From IMG/VR virus record IMGVR_UViG_3300043436_002883, positions 1-64,000 of that record: 64,000 bases of DNA; one strand, 5' to 3'. Every line of letters starts with the position of its first letter. The stretch's first letter is position 1. The DNA is from a virus. The notes under the pieces were generated by a model. It was not told the DNA's origin, searched no databases, and worked only from the letters and a program-made list of their open reading frames with translations. This document shows, one piece after another, positions 40,137-47,444 of the stretch. Made by a program: the position numbers and the translations under genes.

Positions 40137-40934
40137 TTATATTCTCCTTTTGAGATAAGTTCGTCTAGCATTTTTGCTAAATCGGGGTGAATGCCAATTG
40201 GGGCATCTTTCCAATAATTTTCTAATTCTAAGTTAGTAACGAAATCTCTCATTAGATACACGCTACGCATTCGCATTTAGGATTTTCACGAATAAGAACT
40301 TTTAGCAAAACCTTGCGTTGATAAACGCTAAGACCATAAGTGCTTTTAGCACCACCATTATTCCAATCGTGGAGAATACGATTTTCAAGAGCACCAGATA
40401 TTCCTAGTGCTAAGCCGATATTTGTTTTTTCTAGTGTAGTCATTTGAGACCACCTTTCTTTTTGTTTGTATGTCGCTAGTATAGCAGGGGGGTCTGACAT
40501 TTTGACCCCTTTTTCGGGCGTGTCGGAAAACTATTTTTGTGATAAACCTCACAAATTCTAGGGTGTTTATCCACAGACCCTTAATCACCCTGTGGATAAC
40601 TCCCTCAAGTACTTGCGGGCGGATCAGCTTTTGTCAAGCCGACACGCCGTTAGGTTAGTGTGATTTATCCCACTCTCTAAAGTCTGCGACGATCTCCCGC
40701 CACATTAGGCGCATCATTAGCAGGGTAGGTATTCCGATACCTATTTGGACGGCGGTAGTTAGTAGGCGATTAGTAGTCATTACTTATTCTTCTTTCTCTT
40801 GTAAATCTTATAGGCGGTTATTACTAGGGCGGTGATAATGATAGTGTGCCAAGGTAGATAGATAGCCCCTAAGAAACTATCTAATTCTAATCCGTAGTCG
40901 CTTGTTATGTATAACTCTAATCCGTCCGCTATCA

Positions 40935-41102
40935 TTAGTCATTCCAATCTAGTGTTAGTGATTTGTGTAATTCATCATCATCAAAATCATCAGCGCCAAA
41001 ATCTACGCCTTCTGCTAGTGCCTTGTTATAGGCTTCTTCTTCATCTATGTAGACATAAGCATCTGCTACATCTGCCTGAATAGTATCCCATTTAGTCATC
41101 AT
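40935..41102 (-). CDS. Very acidic small protein (55 aa, not in ORF track)
   Basis: MMTKWDTIQADVADAYVYIDEEEAYNKALAEGVDFGADDFDDDELHKSLTLDWND; AGAAAGG RBS. Confidence 0.65.
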   Translation of the reverse strand: MMTKWDTIQADVADAYVYIDEEEAYNKALAEGVDFGADDFDDDELHKSLTLDWND

Positions 41103-41292
41103 TACATTGACACCTTTCTCATATGTGCCACTACATTAGTGGAAACCTTTTGTAAGTCTGCTACGACTTTATTCATTTCATCTGCGCTATTAGCGGTAAA
41201 GTCAACGCCTAGTAATTGTGCGCCGTCCCATAGTGAGTATGTTATTGTCATTTTATTTTCTATCCTTTGTTAGTAGTTGTTAGTTAGTTGTT

Positions 41293-41344
41293 GAGCGGTT
41301 ATTTGCTAGGCTCACCTTTCGGATTATTTGCTAGGCTCACGCTC
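41293..41344 (-). repeat. 17-nt direct repeat forming a pseudo-symmetric 5' leader element
   Basis: GTGAGCCTAGCAAATAA twice (41299-41315 and 41324-41340). Confidence 0.8.
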
Positions 41345-41515
41345 TAATTCTTATTTAGTTGTTATGCTGTAATTGTAGCCGATAGGGCTGACATTTACAA
41401 GCGACACGCCGTTAGGCGTTAGTGTGATTATGCTCACACTTGGACTCTATCTCGTGTCCATATTCCTCTACGAGTTCCTCGTAGATTTCATCCATATAGT
41501 CTAGATAATCGTTCA

Positions 41516-41683
41516 TTAGTTATTCTCCTTTCCAAGAGTGTTGTGTGTAGCGTAGTTACCGCCACACATTACGCAGAGTGTCCAAGCGGTTACTCTACCG
41601 CACCCTGCTGAGCAAGATACATAGCCTAGACGCTGAGCGTCATTCTGATAGTCGTTACGACTTTCCCAAATTCTATTTGTCAT
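41516..41683 (-). CDS. Small zinc-finger protein (55 aa, not in ORF track)
   Basis: CSAGC...CVMC; AAGAAAGG RBS; promoter at 41737. Confidence 0.65.
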   Translation of the reverse strand: MTNRIWESRNDYQNDAQRLGYVSCSAGCGRVTAWTLCVMCGGNYATHNTLGKENN

Positions 41684-42219
41684 TTTATTGACCTTTCTTT
41701 ATTAAGGTTAACTCCTTGTTAACTTCTTATACTATAAGCCTAACAGGGGGGACTGACATTTAGGGGGGTTACTGATGAGTATTCTCAAACTATTTTTGTG
41801 AGTTACACCACACTCACGCTCAAAATTATAGGGTTATGGGCGCACTATCGGACAAATCGGACATTAAAAATAGTGTGTATCATACATATTAAAAATATAT
41901 TAACATTTTCTCAAAAGTGACTTTGATCTATTGACTTACGAAAATATCAAATGTTATACTTGGAAAGGTTTCGGGGGGTTACACTAAGACTCAATATACC
42001 AAGTAATGCTTGGATTAGAATCTAGTAAAGCTCTCCCCTATCTTTCCAAAAAGATTTTTTAAATTTGGGGGGTAGGGGGGGTTTGCTAAAATCTAATTCC
42101 CAAGTATCCACTATACAATAAATGATAAAGATAAACAATATAGAAAAAATATTTTATTAACATTATGTAAAATCTTAAATCCTAGTCGACTGATAATTAT
42201 ACTGCTATATAATTAAGCT

Positions 42220-42501
42220 ATGTCTCCAGAGAAGATGTCGATCAAGAAACAAAAAGACTATCTGGCACGTTATTTAAAAGAGATAAAAGAAAAGAACCCT
42301 TGTATGGATTGCAAGATATCCTATCCGTATTATATGATGGACTTTGATCATGTTCGTGGAACCAAACATGCAAATGTGGCGGAACTAATCAATACGTTAT
42401 CTAAGAAACGAATAGATGCAGAAATAGCCAAGTGTGAGATAGTATGTTCTAATTGCCATAGAATAAGAACACATATGAGAAAAAAGCGGAAGGCAGGATA
42501 A
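42220..42501 (+). CDS. HNH endonuclease
   Basis: CMDC...DFDH...CSNCHRIRT. Confidence 0.85.
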   Translation: MSPEKMSIKKQKDYLARYLKEIKEKNPCMDCKISYPYYMMDFDHVRGTKHANVAELINTLSKKRIDAEIAKCEIVCSNCHRIRTHMRKKRKAG

Positions 42502-43127
42502 ATGAAATTTTGTAGTTATTGCGATAAGCTATCATATACATCTAAGATGTTAACAGATGGATCTATGAGATATTACTGCTCAGATCATGCATTAAATATT
42601 GCAGTTGACTAGGATTATGGTATAATATAAAAATGAACTGGATACAAGCAACAGTCATATTTGGACCAATAGTGGTTCTACTAATAGCATTTTGGAAAGA
42701 TATCAAATGAAAAAGATCTATGCGTTAATTGCGTTAACTGCGACAGCAGTCTTATCAGGTGTAGCTTTGTCTAAATTTTTAAATTGGGCGGGACAGATAG
42801 AAATCTTTGATTTTGACCTAGATGAAGATATTGATCTTGAAGACTTCTAAACTATATAGGTCAATACTCTGGCTATCTTGGCTTCTTATGGGTATGTATA
42901 TTATATCCTGGCTATTGTAGAAAATTGCTAGCTTTTTTTCTCCCGCCCTTTTAAGGGCTTTTGTATCGGAGATACCAATTATGACCCTTTAAGGGCTTAG
43001 AACCCTCGTAGAGGGCTTATATGGGATATTCTAGAAAATAGCATAGATGACAAATGTGGTCTTCTCTCGCCGAAGCACTTTTTTCGCACTTTTTGCACTA
43101 TATGTCTAATATGTCTGTATTGTTACT

Positions 43128-43403
43128 TTATTTTTCAATAATCATAACTGCACAAGTTACAGTATTATCTTCGCCAAGAGCCCAAAGTCTGTCATCCTTA
43201 TACACATCTATAGACAAAGGCATTGAATCGTGTTCTAGTCTAATCCCGTAATTTGTAGTGCTTACATCGCTATTTCCAATAATGAGATGCTTATTGGAGC
43301 TTGTATTAGATATTATCAGTGTTGACTTTGCATTGATCTCATCTTCAATTGTTAGTTCAACAGGCGTTGTGTTATCTAGCGTATAGTTTCTAGTTCTTAT
43401 CAT
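43128..43403 (-). CDS. Hypothetical protein
   Basis: Packed behind the oxygenase genes. Confidence 0.6.
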   Translation of the reverse strand: MIRTRNYTLDNTTPVELTIEDEINAKSTLIISNTSSNKHLIIGNSDVSTTNYGIRLEHDSMPLSIDVYKDDRLWALGEDNTVTCAVMIIEK

Positions 43404-43407
43404 TTGA

Positions 43408-44055
43408 TTAACCCATTACCCAATCGCTGTGCTTATAGACCCAGTCAACAAAAGTATATTTAATTCCAGATGTAACATCTTTTGACTTATATACCTGTCC
43501 TCCATCTATAGGAAAGCAATACAAAGTGTTTGTTTCAGGAAGAATTTCAGATCCATCTGATAATGTTATAATTTCTCCGCCAGTCCATTCACCAAGGTAA
43601 TAGCATGCTACATAGTCTGCTGATTTCCAGGTGTCTGCTCCGCCCCATATTCTATCTACATTGTCACTAGGTCTTGTTCTGTTAATTGTGTTATGTTCGT
43701 TAGTCCAGTATTCGTTAATTATACATTCAATAATTGAAGAGTTTAAAGTTTGAATGGAAAGAGGTGTAGAAATTCTACCGTGAATTTCAGAGTCTGTTGG
43801 GTGAGTAGACCAAGACTCTTCATCAAGAGCATCACATTGAAATAGTATATAGTTGTAGTCATCCAGGTTTAACAAGTCTGGGTATTTAAGAATTCCATTG
43901 CCCATATCAACAAACCCTAGCTTTTTACTAAGATGAACTTGTTCAATTGGACGGTCACCTTTAGATTCAGAAATAGATATTTCATTAGATATTTCTTCAA
44001 CAGGTTCTTCGTTATTGTTTTCAGGTAGATTTGTTTCCCAAATAATTTCAGCCAT
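43408..44055 (-). CDS. 2OG-Fe(II) oxygenase-like protein (metal ligands look degenerate)
   Basis: YLGEWTGGEI...DVTSGIKY but no clear HxD...H. Confidence 0.55.
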   Translation of the reverse strand: MAEIIWETNLPENNNEEPVEEISNEISISESKGDRPIEQVHLSKKLGFVDMGNGILKYPDLLNLDDYNYILFQCDALDEESWSTHPTDSEIHGRISTPLSIQTLNSSIIECIINEYWTNEHNTINRTRPSDNVDRIWGGADTWKSADYVACYYLGEWTGGEIITLSDGSEILPETNTLYCFPIDGGQVYKSKDVTSGIKYTFVDWVYKHSDWVMG

Positions 44056-44057
44056 TT

Positions 44058-44615
44058 TTATTTCTTTTCCGTTAAAAAAGTAGAGTAAGCATATCTTATT
44101 CCACTTGTAACTTCTGCAACACCGTGTCTAATTAAAGCACCATGTATTAACAGATCACCAGATTTTGGTTTAATTTTTAATCCCAATAATGGGTAGTATA
44201 TTTCTCCACCTTCAAACTTATCTGTAAAGTATGCTACAACTCCATATTTTGTAATAGCACATGTGTTGAAGTCATCATTTGAAGTTGCTTCTCCATCTTC
44301 CCCGCAAGTATCTTCGTGCTCGTGCATACTATCTCCAACAAACATTCTGTGGAAAGAAGAGTTTGCAGTAGCTACATAGCCAGGAGATACGAGATCATTT
44401 ACTCTGCTATTTATATCAAGAAGTTCTGGGATAGCAATGCTTACCTTTCCGTTGTACCAATCTAGTGGGCTATTTGCTTCATTCCATTGTGGCTCAGTAA
44501 GTCCGTTAGCAATGTTCTCTAAAGAAACGCACTCCTCTTCATTTAAAAAGTTTTCATACACCCAGATATCGTCATATATTTTTTTAACGTTAGGATTGTT
44601 GTCAAAATTAAGCAT
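44058..44615 (-). CDS. 2OG-Fe(II) oxygenase, prolyl-4-hydroxylase-like
   Basis: HED...FEGGEIYY...HGVAEVTSGIRY. Confidence 0.88.
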   Translation of the reverse strand: MLNFDNNPNVKKIYDDIWVYENFLNEEECVSLENIANGLTEPQWNEANSPLDWYNGKVSIAIPELLDINSRVNDLVSPGYVATANSSFHRMFVGDSMHEHEDTCGEDGEATSNDDFNTCAITKYGVVAYFTDKFEGGEIYYPLLGLKIKPKSGDLLIHGALIRHGVAEVTSGIRYAYSTFLTEKK

Positions 44616-45503
44616 TTTTTTTCTTTCTCCAAAAAAATATTTTAGATAGAATTTTTTCTATCCGTAATTCTATTCTAGTTTCCATTTTGCCTGCATTAGT
44701 TTCTTCCTTATAATACTTTGTTCCAAAATAAGGGTTTTTCATTTGTTTAGAAAACTCATGAGGGGTCATATATCTATTATACACCCCAATAAACAAAAAA
44801 CCCAATCAGAGGCGGATCCGATTGGGCTTTGCTGCCATTTAAGGCAATTATAGGGAACAATAAATTGCTCGACCTATAACATTATTGTATTGGATACAAT
44901 ATTTTAAGTCAATACTAATCTACAGAAATCATTCCTCTTGCGATTAGTGCATCAACAATTCCACTGCACATATGATTATAAGCAGGTTGTGCTTGTAATA
45001 GAGCCTTTTCCAGCTCAACCAAGTCTCCCTTATTTTGCACAGTTGCTTGTCTAGATTGAATATTAATTTGTTCAACCATTGTGTCTACAACAGATTCTTT
45101 ACTCGCCATTTTCTTCCCTTTCGTCTATTGAATAAGATGGACTAGGACCCAGAAGGAATCCCTCTTTATGATATTGTATCATTTTTCCTACTTCTTCTCC
45201 ACCTACTGCTCCTTTTGCCACCAAGGTCAGCATATCGTAAATTCGGTGAAGCATTATATAATTTACCATAGGTAAATTGTCTTCCAGAGATTGAGGCTCT
45301 TTTTCTTCCATTATGGTCTCCCCATATCTTCCCAAAATTTTTCTCTCCCCATAGAATCTGTTTCCGTAAGGGTGTTTGACTCAAATTCATATGAAGAAAA
45401 TGTCTCTTCATCCGCCGCACTGAAATTCGCACTATTTTGCGGAATCACTTTAATGTGAAAAAAATTCTCTTCTTGTTCACAGGCACATTGCCCGTTTTTA
45501 CAT

Positions 45504-45713
45504 TTATCCAACATTTTCCACCGCTTTCACGATATTGTCGTAATCTTTAGATCCAAGGACTTTTTTATAATTACAGGATAAGCAGTAAACAAATACCCTG
45601 TCTTCGCCGTCTTGATTAGGATAAAGAGAGCCTTGATCCATTGGGCATAAAAGCTCTGGAACAAGGCCCTCTTGTGATAAAGAGAGATACTTCGATACAT
45701 ACTGTACCTTCAT
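45504..45713 (-). CDS. Small zinc-ribbon protein
   Basis: CPMD...CLSC. Confidence 0.6.
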   Translation of the reverse strand: MKVQYVSKYLSLSQEGLVPELLCPMDQGSLYPNQDGEDRVFVYCLSCNYKKVLGSKDYDNIVKAVENVG

Positions 45714-45718
45714 TTATC

Positions 45719-46276
45719 CTACTTCTTTTCAGTTGTTGGGAATCGCAATAGCCATTCCTGCGCTTTTGGGGTCATACCCTTCCAGCTTGACCAATCTAAA
45801 CCGCCGTTGGTCATATAGTACGTTATCTCTGCGTTTGTTACTGGGTCGAATAACTCTTTGTTACTCTTTAGGTTGAATTTCTCTAGTCTGTCTGGACCGA
45901 GATCTCCAATCATGTTTATCTGGAATACTCCGTAAGAACTATCTCCAGTTTTCCTATCCCCGTTATATGCAAGCGGTCTTCCGTTAGATTCACGCTTTGC
46001 TATTGACCAAGCTTTCTTAAGGCCTGCTCCTTCGAATCCTACAGTCTTGAGTAGCAATACTAGCTCTTCGTCTGTAAGCATCTCAGATGGTTTGTAAACT
46101 TGATTACTGAACTTATCTAAGACTTCTTGCTTTAGTTGGGCTTCAGTTTTCACTAAAGGTTTTACTACTAAGGCTTGTGCGGGCTGGACTGGAAACATAA
46201 ATAATGTTATCATTACTATTGTAACCAGATTATGAGCCAAATCACTAACCTGTTGTTTTATTTTCTCCATTGGCAT
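45719..46276 (-). CDS. Lytic transglycosylase (lysozyme-like fold) with N-terminal TM/signal
   Basis: AKRESNG...SYGVFQIN...WSSW; GAGGAGG RBS. Confidence 0.8.
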   Translation of the reverse strand: MPMEKIKQQVSDLAHNLVTIVMITLFMFPVQPAQALVVKPLVKTEAQLKQEVLDKFSNQVYKPSEMLTDEELVLLLKTVGFEGAGLKKAWSIAKRESNGRPLAYNGDRKTGDSSYGVFQINMIGDLGPDRLEKFNLKSNKELFDPVTNAEITYYMTNGGLDWSSWKGMTPKAQEWLLRFPTTEKK

Positions 46277-46355
46277 TTCCTCCTCTAGAGATAACGAACT
46301 ACAATCATAACATTGATAGGATAAGCCTGTCAAGCCAGTCAACCAGAAAGAAAAC

Positions 46356-47357
46356 ATGGATATATCTTATTATACTATTCAAGCAGGACTAAATCCTGCG
46401 GTTGGCTTTGGCTATGCGGGAAAAAATATTGTTAAATCATTAAATAATCTAGGACACTCTGTATCTTTTGCAAATCCTAAATCTACTATTCAATTAAATT
46501 TTACTCAGCCTCATCATTATAAGCTTCACAGAAATCAGTATCAAATTGGATATACTCCGTGGGAGTCAACATCTATGAGATCAGACTGGGTTGAAAGATT
46601 TAACGCTTGTGATGAAGTGTGGGCAACATCTGATTGGTGTGCACAAGTTTTTAAAGAAAACGGAATAACAAAACCAATATATGTTTATCCACACGGTATT
46701 GAAGATTTTTGGAAACCAAAGCGCAGGGTTGTTAAAGAAGGACAACCGTTAAAGTTTTTACACATTGGAGAACCATCTCCAAGAAAAGACGGGCAGCTAG
46801 CAGTAGACACTTTTATCAAGCTATATGGCAATAACCCAAACTATCATTTAACTATTAAAGCACACAATTTTAACACTGTTAGAGTTTATGATAAAGATAA
46901 TCAGTTTATGAGTCCAGAGATGGCATATAATAATATTACTTTAATAACAGATGAGATTAAAGAAGCAGATCTTGTTGCTTTGTATCACAGCCATCATGTT
47001 TTGTTGTATCCCACATGGGGAGAAGGTTTTGGGTTTATTCCGCTTCAAGGTTTAGCAACAGGCATGCCAGTTATATCAACATATGATTGGTCTCACTATG
47101 TGGACTATATGGGACCACTTAAATTAAAATCTAAACTTACAGATGAGACTTTGCCAAAAGCAGTTGGAGACGGACACATTGGAAAAATGTTTAAACCAGA
47201 TGCAAAACATTTAGAGCAACTAATGCGTGAAGTTTCTCTTGATTATAAAGCATACTCTGGTTATTATTTTGCTCAGTCAATTAAAATACATGAAGATTAT
47301 AATTGGGATCAGTTGACCAAGAAAGCATTTGATCATTTAGTAGAAAAATTTTCCTAG
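46356..47357 (+). CDS. GT-B (family 4) glycosyltransferase
   Basis: YTPWES, YPHGI, RKDG and GEGFGFIPLQGLATGMPVI. Confidence 0.9.
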   Translation: MDISYYTIQAGLNPAVGFGYAGKNIVKSLNNLGHSVSFANPKSTIQLNFTQPHHYKLHRNQYQIGYTPWESTSMRSDWVERFNACDEVWATSDWCAQVFKENGITKPIYVYPHGIEDFWKPKRRVVKEGQPLKFLHIGEPSPRKDGQLAVDTFIKLYGNNPNYHLTIKAHNFNTVRVYDKDNQFMSPEMAYNNITLITDEIKEADLVALYHSHHVLLYPTWGEGFGFIPLQGLATGMPVISTYDWSHYVDYMGPLKLKSKLTDETLPKAVGDGHIGKMFKPDAKHLEQLMREVSLDYKAYSGYYFAQSIKIHEDYNWDQLTKKAFDHLVEKFS

Positions 47358-47444
47358 CGCTTCCACTTTTAATTATTCTTTGGTAGAATAGGATCTTCAC
47401 ACTAAATCAAATTAACCGCTAGGCGGAGAAACAGGTAATTTTAA

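Larger units (their letters stand above)
28114..40599. promoter_or_regulatory. Dispersed DnaA boxes in four pairs
   Basis: TGTGGATAA at 28114, 28126, 35059, 37174, 37195 and 40591; TTATCCACA at 40567; TTTTCCACA at 35036. Confidence 0.8.
37130..41411. promoter_or_regulatory. Repeated CGACACGCC boxes (contain the WhiA-type GACAC)
   Basis: + strand at 37241, 38368 (partial), 38409, 39739, 39782, 39833, 40640 and 41402; - strand at 37130 and 40517. Confidence 0.7.
35008..41438. promoter_or_regulatory. CRP/GlxR-type palindromes TGTGA-N6-TCACA
   Basis: Perfect at 35008, 36522, 37146, 39674, 39697, 40538 and 41423; 1-2 mismatches at 31827, 31854, 33742, 38386, 40659 and 41797. Confidence 0.8.
30261..41758 (-). 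promoter_or_regulatory. 15 PafBC/RecA-NDp-type promoters, TGTCAG-N10-TANNNT
   Basis: 22-bp motifs with + strand left ends at 30261, 31787, 33504, 33683, 34948, 36161, 36463, 37091, 38073, 38337, 39153, 39605, 40478, 41372 and 41737; each lies just upstream of a start codon. Confidence 0.85.

Noticed and set aside
41772-41790. Hammerhead ribozyme core (CTGATGAG)
   Set aside because: No GAAA after stem II and no convincing stems I and III
27881-41860. CRISPR array suggested by recurring intergenic repeats and a Cas4-like gene
   Set aside because: Repeats are short, irregularly spaced and separated by genes; no constant repeat-spacer period and no other cas genes; stand-alone Cas4-like nucleases are common in phages
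42067-42081. G-quadruplex at G6-TA-G7
   Set aside because: Only two G runs; insufficient support
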